Shown here in pieces: positions 21,047 to 30,124 of a DNA stretch of 64,000 nt; within the stretch, counting starts at the first letter, position 1; the number at the start of each line of letters is the position of its first letter. The translations under genes were made by a program, and so were the position numbers. The notes beneath the pieces were generated by a model, which saw only the letters and a list, made by a program, of their open reading frames with translations, did not search any database and was not told the origin of the DNA. The stretch comes from an uncultured Chloroflexia bacterium. Its GTDB lineage: Bacteria; Chloroflexota; Limnocylindria; Limnocylindrales; CSP1-4. The stretch lies in the NCBI GenBank assembly GCA_963849495.1, contig CAWKHN010000022.1, forward strand, positions 37,576 to 101,575. Reading direction: 5' to 3'.

Positions 21047-22876
21047 ATGTGCGGAATCGTCGGCTACACGGGTCCACGCGAGGCCGGCCCGATCCTCATC
21101 GAGGGTCTCAGGCGCCTCGAGTACCGCGGCTACGACTCGGCCGGGATCGCCCTGGTGGACGAGAACGGCAGCCTGTTCGTCGAGAAGAAGGCGGGCAAGC
21201 TCGCCAACCTCCAGACCGCGATCGCCGACCGCACCCCGCACGCCGCGATCGGCCTGGCCCACACCCGCTGGGCAACCCACGGCCGGCCCAACGACCTCAA
21301 CGCGCATCCCCACCAGGACTGCAGCGGCGAGATCACGGTCATCCACAACGGGATCATCGAGAACTTCCGCGAGCTGCGGGACGGCCTCGAGGCCCGCGGC
21401 CACCTGCTGACGTCCGAGACGGACACCGAGGCGCTCGCCCACCTGGTCGAGGAGGCCTACACGGGCGATATCGCCGAGGCGGTCCGCACCGCGCTGCGGC
21501 GCGTCGAGGGTGCCTACGCGGTGGTGGTCATGCATCGCGGCGAGCGCGACCGTCTCGTCGGCGCCCGCCAGGATGTGCCGCTGGTCGTCGGCCTGGCCGA
21601 CGGCGAGTCCTTCCTCGCCTCGGACGTCGCCGCGATCCTGGCCCACACGAACCGGATCGTGTTCCTCGAGGAGGGCGACGTGGTCGACCTGCGACCATGG
21701 GGCGCGACGATCACCGGCGTGGACGGCGAGGCGCGGCTCCGCCCCGAGACCATCATCGACTGGTCGCCCGAGGCCGCCGAGAAGGGCGGCTACGAGCACT
21801 TCATGCTCAAGGAGATCCACGAGCAGCCGGTGGCGCTCCGCCAGTCGCTGGCCGGACGGGTCACGGCCGCCGGGCGCATCCAGGCGCCGGAGGTCGATGC
21901 CCTCGCGGACGTGTTCCGGCGGGTGACCCGCGTGGAGCTCGTGGCGTGCGGCACCGCGTCGTATGCGGCCCTCGTGGGCGCCGCTGCGATCCAGGAATGG
22001 ACCGGGCTGCCGGCCCGTGTCACGGTCGGCTCCGAGTTCCGCTATTCGCCGCCCCCGCTCGACGGCGACACGCTCGTGATCGCGGTCACGCAGTCGGGCG
22101 AGACGGCGGACACGATCGCCCCGACCCGCTGGGCCCGCGCCCAGGGCAGCCCGATCGTGGCCGTGACCAACACCGTGGGCTCCGCGATCACGCGCGAGGC
22201 CGACGCCGTGATGTTCCTCCAGGCGGGGCCCGAGATCGCGGTCGCGGCGTCCAAGACGTTCGTGACCCAGGTGACGACGCTGGTTGTCCTCGCCGCCGCG
22301 ATCGCACAGGCGCGCGGCGCCCTGGGCGCGGCACAGGAGCTGGAGCTGGCCACGGCGCTGCGGGCGCTCCCCGATGCCGCGGCCCGGACGCTGGAGCTCA
22401 ATGCCGGGATCGCCGCGGTTGCCCGGCGGTACGTCAACTCGCGCGGCTTCATGTTCATCGGCCGCGGCTACACGCTGCCCGGGGCGCTGGAAGGGGCGCT
22501 CAAGCTCAAGGAGATCAGCTACGTCCACGCCGAGGGCTACGCGGCCGGCGAGCTCAAGCACGGGCCGATCTCGCTGCTCGACGCCGAGTGCCCGCTGGTC
22601 GCGATCGCGACCCGGTCGCGGGTGTACGACAAGCTGATCAGCAACGTGATGGAGGGCCGCGCCCGCGACGCGAAGGTGATCGCGGTCGCCACCGAGGGAG
22701 ACCCCCAGATCGAGCGCTTTGCGGACGATGTCATGTGGGTGCCCGCCACGCACGAGACGCTGTCGCCGGTGCTGGCCGTGATCCCGCTCCAGCTGTTCGC
22801 CTACTACACCGCCGTGGCCCGGGGCACCGACGTGGATCAGCCGCGCAACCTCGCCAAGTCGGTGACGGTCGAGTAG
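21047..22876 (+). CDS. glmS: glutamine--fructose-6-phosphate aminotransferase
   Basis: 609 aa with N-terminal MCGIVGY (Ntn Cys) and two SIS domains. Confidence 0.95.
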   Translation: MCGIVGYTGPREAGPILIEGLRRLEYRGYDSAGIALVDENGSLFVEKKAGKLANLQTAIADRTPHAAIGLAHTRWATHGRPNDLNAHPHQDCSGEITVIHNGIIENFRELRDGLEARGHLLTSETDTEALAHLVEEAYTGDIAEAVRTALRRVEGAYAVVVMHRGERDRLVGARQDVPLVVGLADGESFLASDVAAILAHTNRIVFLEEGDVVDLRPWGATITGVDGEARLRPETIIDWSPEAAEKGGYEHFMLKEIHEQPVALRQSLAGRVTAAGRIQAPEVDALADVFRRVTRVELVACGTASYAALVGAAAIQEWTGLPARVTVGSEFRYSPPPLDGDTLVIAVTQSGETADTIAPTRWARAQGSPIVAVTNTVGSAITREADAVMFLQAGPEIAVAASKTFVTQVTTLVVLAAAIAQARGALGAAQELELATALRALPDAAARTLELNAGIAAVARRYVNSRGFMFIGRGYTLPGALEGALKLKEISYVHAEGYAAGELKHGPISLLDAECPLVAIATRSRVYDKLISNVMEGRARDAKVIAVATEGDPQIERFADDVMWVPATHETLSPVLAVIPLQLFAYYTAVARGTDVDQPRNLAKSVTVE

Positions 22877-22879
22877 CCG

Positions 22880-23581
22880 ATGGCATCCCCCCGGCGAGGC
22901 CCCGCTCCGGAGCGCCGGCGACGCGAGGATCCGCCCGCGACGCGCGACGCGGGCCTGCCGACCCCGACGGGCGACGCCGGCCTGCCGCCCGGCATCGTGC
23001 CCGCGGGCACCACCGAGCTGGGCATCGACATCATCAAGGTCGACCGCATCCGGCAGACGCTCGCGCGGTTCGGGACGCGGTTCACGCAGCGGGTGCTCAC
23101 CGAGGCGGAGCGACGCTACGTCCGCGACCGGCCCGAGACGTTCGCCGGCCGCTGGGCGGCGAAGGAGGCCGTGTCCAAGGTGCTCGGGCTCGGCGTGCGC
23201 GGCATCGGCTGGAAGGACATCGAGGTCGAGCGGCTGCCGACCGGCCAGCCGGCGGTCCGGCTTCACGGGCGGGCGGCCCAGCGGGCCGGGCAGCTGGGCA
23301 TGGGCCGGATTGCGCTCTCGATCACGCACGAGTCGGAGTACGCCGTGGCGATCGCGTTCGGGATCCGGACGGCGGGCGGCCGCTACGTCTTCCCGCTCGA
23401 CATCGACGAGCGCCTCGACGATCGCGAGCGGCGGCTCCTGGCGCGCTTCGAGCGGCTGCGCGAGCTCACCGAGGCGGCGCGCGGCGTGGCCGGAGATCCG
23501 GCGGCGCCGGATGCCGGGTCCAACGGTGCCGACGGACCGGGCCGCGAACCCGGCGCGCGCGAAGGGGGGACGACCCGGTGA
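22880..23581 (+). CDS. acpS: holo-[acyl-carrier-protein] synthase with ~70-aa C-terminal extension
   Basis: Core GIDIIKVDRIRQ...WAAKEAVSKVLG...ITHESEYAVAIA matches AcpS. The 233-aa ORF has N- and C-terminal low-complexity extensions. The true start is uncertain. Confidence 0.72.
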   Translation: MASPRRGPAPERRRREDPPATRDAGLPTPTGDAGLPPGIVPAGTTELGIDIIKVDRIRQTLARFGTRFTQRVLTEAERRYVRDRPETFAGRWAAKEAVSKVLGLGVRGIGWKDIEVERLPTGQPAVRLHGRAAQRAGQLGMGRIALSITHESEYAVAIAFGIRTAGGRYVFPLDIDERLDDRERRLLARFERLRELTEAARGVAGDPAAPDAGSNGADGPGREPGAREGGTTR

Positions 23582-24747
23582 CGGATCGCCGACCGCTGGG
23601 GTTCGGGCAGCTCGGCGGGGGAGCGGGCGTGGCGCCCGGAGCGGCGGCCGTGCCGCCGGGCTCGACTCTGCTCGACGACGACGCGATGGCCCGGCTGCTC
23701 CCGGAGCGGGAGAAGCGCGGCCACAAGGGAACGTTCGGGAAGCTGCTGGTGGTGGCGGGCTCGCTCGATTACGCGGGAGCGGCGCTGCTGGTGTGCCGGG
23801 CCGCCGGCCGCGCGGGGGCCGGCCTGGTGACGCTGGCCGTGCCGGAATCGCTGCAGCCGCTATTTGCCGCCAAGGTCGTCGAGGCGACGACGATGGCGCT
23901 CCCGGAGGACGACGTGGAGGAGGTGGACCCGGAGCCCGCGTTCGCCAAGATCCTCGATCACGAGCACGACGCGATCGTGATCGGCCCGGGTTTGCGACCC
24001 GCGCTGGCGATCGCCGACCTTCTCCGCCTGCTCCTCACCACGCCGGAGGAGCCGGGGAGCGCCCCGGCCGTCCTGGATGCCGAGGCCCTGCGCACGCTCG
24101 CGTCCGCGGACGGGTGGTGGACGTCGGTGCGACGGCCATGCGTGCTCACGCCGCACGCGGGCGAGTTCGCGCGGCTGCGGGCGGGATCCGGCCATCCACC
24201 GGGCGACGACGGCGACCTGAACGGCGACGACGAGGCGCGCGTGCGTGCCGCGACCGCGGCTGCGGCCGAGTGGCGCCAGGTGGTCGTGCTCAAGGGGGCG
24301 CGGACGGTCATCGCGCAGCCGGACGGATCCGCGGCGGTTGCGCCGTTCGAGAACCCGGCGATGGCGTCCGGCGGGACGGGCGACGTCCTCTCGGGCACGA
24401 TCGGCGCGCTGCTCGCCCAGGGGCTGCCGCCCTACGACGCGGCACGCCTGGGTGTCTACCTGCACGGCCTGGCCGGCGAGGCGATCCGGGAGCGGATCGG
24501 CGACGCGGGGCTCCTCGCGGGCGACCTGCCCGACGCGCTGCCGCTCGGCCGCAAGCGCCTCGCGCGGATCGCGGAGCGCCAGCGGTCCGGACGACGCCTC
24601 GGCTTCGGGGCGCGGGACGATGTGTCTGCCGAGCCGGCAGGCGATCCGGCACCGGCCCCGGCCGACGACCCGACCGTCGACGCCCCGGCCCACGACGTGG
24701 CACCCGCCCCGGCCGACCCCCCGCCTCCCGACGGGGCGTCGGGCTGA
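23578..24747 (+). CDS. nnrD: ADP-dependent NAD(P)H-hydrate dehydratase (YjeF C-terminal domain only)
   Basis: GTG overlaps the acpS stop. KGTFGKLLVVAGSLDYAGAALL...VLKGARTVIA...MASGGTGDVLSG is a YjeF_C carbohydrate-kinase-like fold. Pro/Ala-rich C-terminal tail. Confidence 0.75.
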   Translation: MTDRRPLGFGQLGGGAGVAPGAAAVPPGSTLLDDDAMARLLPEREKRGHKGTFGKLLVVAGSLDYAGAALLVCRAAGRAGAGLVTLAVPESLQPLFAAKVVEATTMALPEDDVEEVDPEPAFAKILDHEHDAIVIGPGLRPALAIADLLRLLLTTPEEPGSAPAVLDAEALRTLASADGWWTSVRRPCVLTPHAGEFARLRAGSGHPPGDDGDLNGDDEARVRAATAAAAEWRQVVVLKGARTVIAQPDGSAAVAPFENPAMASGGTGDVLSGTIGALLAQGLPPYDAARLGVYLHGLAGEAIRERIGDAGLLAGDLPDALPLGRKRLARIAERQRSGRRLGFGARDDVSAEPAGDPAPAPADDPTVDAPAHDVAPAPADPPPPDGASG

Positions 24748-24776
24748 GCGGGCCGACGGAGCGCTCGGACGCCGGC

Positions 24777-26033
24777 ATGGAGGCCCGTCCGCCGATCGAG
24801 GATCGCCTTGCTCGAGCCGGGCTGCCGTTGCTGCCCCGGACCGCCTGGCTGGAGGTGGACCTGGACGCCATTCGCACGAACCTCGCCGTGCTGCGCGGGG
24901 TGGTCGGGCCGACCGTGCGGCTGGAGCCGGTCGTCAAGGCGAATGCCTACGGTCACGGCGCCGGACCGGTTGCGCTGGCGCTCGAGGCGGCCGGCGCGGA
25001 CGGACTCTCGGTCGCGACGCTGGATGAGGCGCTCGAGCTGCGTGCAGCCGGTGTCGTCCTGCCGATCCTGGTCCTGTACCCGATCCCGCCGGATATGGTC
25101 GGCGAGGCGGTGCGCTCGGGGATTGCCGTGACCGTCGGACCCGGGCCGCTCACGGCGCGCACCCTCGCCGCCGCGGCGTCGCTCGCCGGGCCGGGGCATG
25201 ACGACCTCGACGTGCATGTCGAGGTCGAGACGGGGCTGGGGCGCGGCGGCGTGGCGCCCGACGCGCTGAAGGCGGCCGTCGAGTCGGTGGCACGGACCCC
25301 CGGCGCCCGGTTGGCCGGGGTGTGGACGCACCTCGCGGCAGCGGACAACGGTCCGCTGACCCGGGACCAGGACACCGTGTTCGCCCGGTCCGTGGTGGGG
25401 ATCGCCGATGCGGTCGCCTGGGGTCCCGCGGCGACTCGTCGGCACGTTGCGGCGAGCGGCGGTGTCCTCGGCGGCGACGTCGTTCCGTGGGATGTCGTTC
25501 GGACCGGCCTCGCGATCTACGGTCTCGTGCCCGACGGGCTCACCCCGCCGCCCGGGATCGCCGAAGCGGCGGCCGCGCTGCGACCGGCGATGGCGCTGGT
25601 TGCCCGCCCCGTCCGGGTGGTGGACCTACCGGCCGGTCACGGTGTCAGCTACGGCCCGACGTTCGTGACGGGGCGAGCGTCGCGGATCGCGACGCTCCCG
25701 CTGGGCTACGGCGACGGGTGGCGGCGCGCCCTGTCCGACCGCTCGGAAGCCCTGGTGCGTGGCGTGCGCGTGCCGCTGGTGGGGCGCGTGGCCATGGACG
25801 CGGTCATGGCCGACGTCACCGACGTGCCGGGGCCACCGGTGACCCAGGACGACGAGTTCGTCCTGCTCGGCGCCCAGGGCGGTTCGCGGATCACCGCGGT
25901 GGAGCTCGCCTCGTCGGTCGGGACGATCACCTACGAGATCGTCTCGGCCATGGCCCGGCGGCTGCCCCGGGTGTACCATGCCGCCGGTTTGCCCGTGGGC
26001 GTCGGGACGCTCACCGTCGGGAGGTCCGTGTGA
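24777..26033 (+). CDS. alr: alanine racemase
   Basis: PLP-lysine motif VVKANAYGHG. Has the typical N-terminal barrel and C-terminal beta domain (VSYG...LPLGYGDGW). Confidence 0.9.
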   Translation: MEARPPIEDRLARAGLPLLPRTAWLEVDLDAIRTNLAVLRGVVGPTVRLEPVVKANAYGHGAGPVALALEAAGADGLSVATLDEALELRAAGVVLPILVLYPIPPDMVGEAVRSGIAVTVGPGPLTARTLAAAASLAGPGHDDLDVHVEVETGLGRGGVAPDALKAAVESVARTPGARLAGVWTHLAAADNGPLTRDQDTVFARSVVGIADAVAWGPAATRRHVAASGGVLGGDVVPWDVVRTGLAIYGLVPDGLTPPPGIAEAAAALRPAMALVARPVRVVDLPAGHGVSYGPTFVTGRASRIATLPLGYGDGWRRALSDRSEALVRGVRVPLVGRVAMDAVMADVTDVPGPPVTQDDEFVLLGAQGGSRITAVELASSVGTITYEIVSAMARRLPRVYHAAGLPVGVGTLTVGRSV

Positions 26034-26596
26034 CGCGCATCGAGCTCTGGAACGGCGATATCTGCGACCTGGAGGTCGATGCCATCGTGAGCCCGGCCGT
26101 CACCTCGCTGTGGATGTCGACCGGGGTCGCAGGTGAGCTCAAGCGCCGGGGCGGCGACGAGATCGAGTTCGCCGCGCTCCGGCAGGCCCCGGTGCCGCTC
26201 GGCCACGCCGTGGTCACCCCGGCGGGCCGCCTCGCCGCGCGGGTGATCGTGCACGCGGTGTCCATGGACCGTGATCGGCGGACGACCGCTGCCGCGATCG
26301 ACCATGCGACCCGGAGTGCCCTCGCCCGGGTCCGGGAGCTCGGCCTCGGCAGCGTGGCGTTCCCTGCCCTCGGCACGGGCATCGGCGGCTTCCCGATCGA
26401 CGAGGCGGCGCAGGTCGCCGTGTACGCCATCCGCGACGAGCTGCGGACCCAGTCGTCGATCGAGCACGTGATCTTCGCGCTCCGGGGTGCTGCCGCGTAC
26501 CAGGCCTTCGCGGACGCGCTCTCCCGTGGCGAGCCCGCACCGGTCCCGGCGAAGCCGGTCGTGGGCGCACCGCGCGCGGAGGAAGTGCACCGATGA
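26030..26596 (+). CDS. macro-domain protein (O-acetyl-ADP-ribose deacetylase-like)
   Basis: GTG overlaps the alr stop. ICDLEVDAIVSPAV...GVAGELKRRGG...VAFPALGTGIGGFP resembles the MacroD/YmdB fold. Confidence 0.65.
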   Translation: MTRIELWNGDICDLEVDAIVSPAVTSLWMSTGVAGELKRRGGDEIEFAALRQAPVPLGHAVVTPAGRLAARVIVHAVSMDRDRRTTAAAIDHATRSALARVRELGLGSVAFPALGTGIGGFPIDEAAQVAVYAIRDELRTQSSIEHVIFALRGAAAYQAFADALSRGEPAPVPAKPVVGAPRAEEVHR

Positions 26597-26883
26597 GCTT
26601 CCCGATGGAGCCGCCGGACGAGCGCCGGGACGCCCTGGTCGAGGCCGTCGCGCAGGAGATCCGCCTGCGGGGCCTGACGACGCCTGCCGTGCACTTCCTC
26701 GAGGCGAGCCGGCCGTACCGGCCGCTGGGTGCCCCCGCAATGCTGTTCTTCGATCCCACCCTGGGCCAGCTGTTCGGGGGCGATCTGCCGTCGGCGAGCG
26801 AGCTGATGCGGGACGACATCGGGATCGAGGCGCTGATCGACCGGCTCGAGGAGATGGACGAGGCCGACGGCTGGGACGCCTGA
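26593..26883 (+). CDS. hypothetical protein (acidic, 96 aa)
   Basis: ATGA overlap with the upstream gene. Protein-like composition with no recognised motif. Confidence 0.4.
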   Translation: MSFPMEPPDERRDALVEAVAQEIRLRGLTTPAVHFLEASRPYRPLGAPAMLFFDPTLGQLFGGDLPSASELMRDDIGIEALIDRLEEMDEADGWDA

Positions 26884-26956
26884 GCCCCGGCCGGCCAGCC
26901 GGGCGGGCGGACGCGCGGGCCGGGCGAGCGGTCCGGGCGCTGGTAGGATCGGACCG

Positions 26957-28567
26957 GTGAGCAGCGAGCCCGTGGCCTTTGCGACGATCGACCGCGGGAC
27001 CGCGAGCGTCGCGGTGTCGCTGGTCGGCCGCGTGGACCGGCGCTGGCGCCTGCTCGGAGCGACCGCCGGTCCGGCGAGCGTGGGCGCCGAGCCCCTCCTC
27101 GAACGCCTGCGCACGCGGCTCACCGCGGCGGACCGTGCGCTCGCCGCGGCATGCCGGCTGGCGGGACCCGGCTGGGACGCCGAGCTGGCCCGCCTCGAGG
27201 TCCACACGGTCGCGCCGCCCGTCATGGTCGTGGTGGGGGCGACCGAGCGCGTTGTCGCGCCATTCGCCGCCGTCGCCGTCACGGCCGGCTGGCAGGTGCG
27301 ATCGTTGGCCCTGGCGGATGCGGACATCCTCGCCGTCGCGTCGGCGCTCGCGGATCCGTCGGTGACCGCGGTTCTCGCCGGTGCCTCGGACCCGCCCGGG
27401 GCCGACGAGCGGCCGCTGATCGCCGATCTCGAGGCTCTGGTCGCGGCCGCCACGCAGCGGCGGCCCGATCTCGTGATGATCCTCGGCGGCGGGCTTGCCG
27501 TGCCGGGCGGGCGTGGCGAGGCGGCGATCGCCCCCGATCGGCCCGGTCAGACTCTGCTCGCCCCGGCCCCGGCAGCCGCCGATGGGGCCAGGTTGCGACA
27601 GCTGCTCGACGACGTTCGTGGCGGGGCGGGCGACGCTCGCCGCATGCTGGTGCGATCGGTCACGACCCTTGCCGAGGTGCTCCAGCGGCGCGTCGAGGTG
27701 GTCGAGATCGGTCAGTCGGCCGGGGCCCGGATGTCGGCCGGCTGGTCGCCCGACGGGGTTGCGCCTCTGGCGGGCTCGGCGATCGTCGCCGATGCCGCGC
27801 TCATGCCCCCGGACGTCGACGACGCGACCGTGGATGCCGTGGTCGGCTGGCTCGGGATCTCCCTCGACCGGCTCCGGCTCCGGGACCGCCTGCACGAGCT
27901 GCTTCTGACACCGTGGGGCGATGCCGCCGGCGATGGGGCCCAGCTGCGCATCGCGGCCGCGCGAGCTGCGCTGGCCCGGCTCGTGGCCGCCACCCCGGCG
28001 CTGGACCGGATGCCCGCCCCCGATCTCATCATCGCCGTCGGAGGAGTCTGGACCCTTGCGCCGGGGCCCGCCGTGGCACTTGCGCTGGCCGACGTCCTGC
28101 GCCGCCCCGGGGTCCGGGCGCTCGGCCTCGACCACGCCCGCTTGCTCGGGCCGCTGGGGTCGATCGAGGATGCGGCGGAGCGACGGCAGGTGATCTCGGA
28201 CCTCCGCGACGAGCTGATCGTGCCCCTGGGCAGCGTCGTCATGGCGGGCTCCCTCCACGGCAGCCGCCCGGTCGGCCGCCTGAGCGTCGACGGGGCAGGT
28301 CAGCCGGTCGAGCTCGACCTCGTGCCCGGGAGCCTGGCGCTCGTCGACCTGCCGCCGGGGGAGCGCGCCCTGCTGGAGGCCACCTTCCGGGAGCCCGTCG
28401 ACATGGGGATCCGCGCCCGCCACTTCGCGGCCGAGGTGTCCGGTGGCCTGGGCGGACTGCTCGTGGACATGCGCGACATCCCGTTGAACCTGCCCGAGCG
28501 CCAGGACCGGCGCCGTGAGGTGATGGCCGCGTGGCAGGCGGCTCTGTGGGCGGGGATGGACGCATGA
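26957..28567 (+). CDS. hypothetical protein, possible ASKHA/MutL-like ATPase fold
   Basis: 536 aa. N-terminal FATIDRGTASVAVSLVG resembles the phosphate-1 loop of actin-like ATPases or glutamate-mutase-L family proteins. Confidence 0.5.
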   Translation: MSSEPVAFATIDRGTASVAVSLVGRVDRRWRLLGATAGPASVGAEPLLERLRTRLTAADRALAAACRLAGPGWDAELARLEVHTVAPPVMVVVGATERVVAPFAAVAVTAGWQVRSLALADADILAVASALADPSVTAVLAGASDPPGADERPLIADLEALVAAATQRRPDLVMILGGGLAVPGGRGEAAIAPDRPGQTLLAPAPAAADGARLRQLLDDVRGGAGDARRMLVRSVTTLAEVLQRRVEVVEIGQSAGARMSAGWSPDGVAPLAGSAIVADAALMPPDVDDATVDAVVGWLGISLDRLRLRDRLHELLLTPWGDAAGDGAQLRIAAARAALARLVAATPALDRMPAPDLIIAVGGVWTLAPGPAVALALADVLRRPGVRALGLDHARLLGPLGSIEDAAERRQVISDLRDELIVPLGSVVMAGSLHGSRPVGRLSVDGAGQPVELDLVPGSLALVDLPPGERALLEATFREPVDMGIRARHFAAEVSGGLGGLLVDMRDIPLNLPERQDRRREVMAAWQAALWAGMDA

Positions 28568-29589
28568 CCTCGCCGGGGTGGCTCGCCGAGATCCCGTCGC
28601 GGCAGCTGGTCGAAACCGGGCTCGAGACGCACCTGCCGCTGCTCCCGGGCGACCGCCCGCTGGTCGAGACCGGGACGGACGTCGTCCCCGGCGATCCCCT
28701 CCTCGAGCACATCCGGGATGCGCGGATCGACGAGGCGACGGTCCGCGTCACCGAGGGAGCGGCCTCGCACGTGGCCGGTGATCGCTGGTCCTCCGACGGC
28801 GCAATCGGACGGCGCGCCCGCAGGCGGGCGCGCGTCGAGGGGGAGCTGCTGGCACCGATCCCATCGCAGCGTGACCGCTGGCGGGTGGTCACCGGCGACC
28901 ACCGCGAGGAGGTGGCGTCGCCGGTCGGGGGCCGGGTGGTGGACGTGCGGCCCGGGGCCGAGGTGCGGATCCGTGTCTCCGGGTCGTCGCTGCGCGCCGC
29001 GTTCGCCGCCGGGTCTGCCGCGCGCGGGCGCCTTGCCCTCGCGACCGATCCGTTCGGCGAGCTGCGCCCCGGCGGCATCGACGTCGGCCGGGCCGGGAGC
29101 ATCCTGGTCGTGGGATCGCGGATCGATGCCGAGGCGCTCACGCGCGCCCGGGCGATGGGGGTGCGCGGCATCATCGTCGCATCGCTCCCGGGCAAGGAGC
29201 TGCGCGACTTCCTCGCGTCCGAGCGGCGCCAGCGGGCCGCCCTGCATGCGATGCCGCCGTTCGGGGTGCTGGTGCTCGAGGGCACGGTCCGCAGGTCGAT
29301 CCCGACCCCGGTCGTCGCCCTGCTCGAGCTCCTTGCCGGACGCGAGGTCGCCGTGCTGGTCGACCCACCAGCGCTCGTGTTCGACGAACCCGACCTGCCC
29401 CTGCCCGCGATCGACCCGGACTGGGTCTGGGTCCGGAGCGGACCCAACGCGGGTGCCGAGGGTCGCGTTCTCGGGTTGTCCGGACCGACCCGCTTTGCCT
29501 CCAACGTCGTGCTCGATGCCGCGCGCGTGCTCATCTCGGGCGAGACGCCGGTGGACGTCCCGCTGGGCGACCTCGAGCGGCTGGTCTGA
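28564..29589 (+). CDS. hypothetical protein (341 aa)
   Basis: ATGA overlap with the upstream ORF, giving likely start MTSPGWLAEIPSRQ. Sits between the ASKHA-like gene and tsaE. Confidence 0.45.
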   Translation: MTSPGWLAEIPSRQLVETGLETHLPLLPGDRPLVETGTDVVPGDPLLEHIRDARIDEATVRVTEGAASHVAGDRWSSDGAIGRRARRRARVEGELLAPIPSQRDRWRVVTGDHREEVASPVGGRVVDVRPGAEVRIRVSGSSLRAAFAAGSAARGRLALATDPFGELRPGGIDVGRAGSILVVGSRIDAEALTRARAMGVRGIIVASLPGKELRDFLASERRQRAALHAMPPFGVLVLEGTVRRSIPTPVVALLELLAGREVAVLVDPPALVFDEPDLPLPAIDPDWVWVRSGPNAGAEGRVLGLSGPTRFASNVVLDAARVLISGETPVDVPLGDLERLV

Positions 29590-29650
29590 GGCCTCGACGC
29601 CCGGTCGCCGGATCCGGCGCCGGGTCGGCGCTTCGGCTACCCTCGGTCCG

Positions 29651-30124
29651 ATGTCCGCCCCTGCCGTTCCCGAACGCGTGATCGCGACCCACGATGCCGC
29701 AGAGACGCGCGCCCTCGCGCGCCGCCTGGCGACGGTGGCCCGCGCCGGCGATCTCGTGGGGCTGATCGGTGATCTCGGGGCGGGGAAGACGCAGTTCGCC
29801 AAGGGCTTCGCCGCCGGCCTGGGGATCGAGGGCACCGTGAGCTCGCCGACCTTCGTGCTGATGGCCGAGTACGCCGGCCGGCTGCCGCTGTTCCACCTGG
29901 ACCTGTACCGGCTGGACGATGCCGAGGATGCGCTGGGTGGCGGCCTGCTCGACGAGCGCCAGCTGGCGGGCGTCGTGCTGGTCGAGTGGGCGGAGCGCCT
30001 GGGCGATGCCCTGCCCGCCGGCCGCCTCGACGTGCTGATCGACGGCACCGGCGACGACGAGCGGCGGATCACGCTGCGGGCGGGCGATCCCGAGTACGCG
30101 CGCTACCTGGAGGCCGCCGCGTGA
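29651..30124 (+). CDS. tsaE: tRNA t6A37 threonylcarbamoyladenosine biosynthesis protein TsaE
   Basis: Walker A GDLGAGKTQFAKG, 157 aa. Internal ATG of the longer track ORF. Confidence 0.85.
   Translation: MSAPAVPERVIATHDAAETRALARRLATVARAGDLVGLIGDLGAGKTQFAKGFAAGLGIEGTVSSPTFVLMAEYAGRLPLFHLDLYRLDDAEDALGGGLLDERQLAGVVLVEWAERLGDALPAGRLDVLIDGTGDDERRITLRAGDPEYARYLEAAA

Noticed and set aside
20806-24747. 1313-aa plus-strand ORF covering glmS, acpS and nnr
   Set aside because: It is a frame-run artefact. Only its last ~389 codons (from the GTG at 23578) correspond to the YjeF_C dehydratase. The rest overlaps glmS and acpS in other frames.
25931-30072. Long minus-strand ORFs (25931..28423, 28239..29534, 28300..30072) antisense to the alr-tsaE block
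   Set aside because: They have no recognisable motifs and Arg/Pro/Gly-rich composition. They lie antisense to a translationally coupled, syntenic plus-strand operon.
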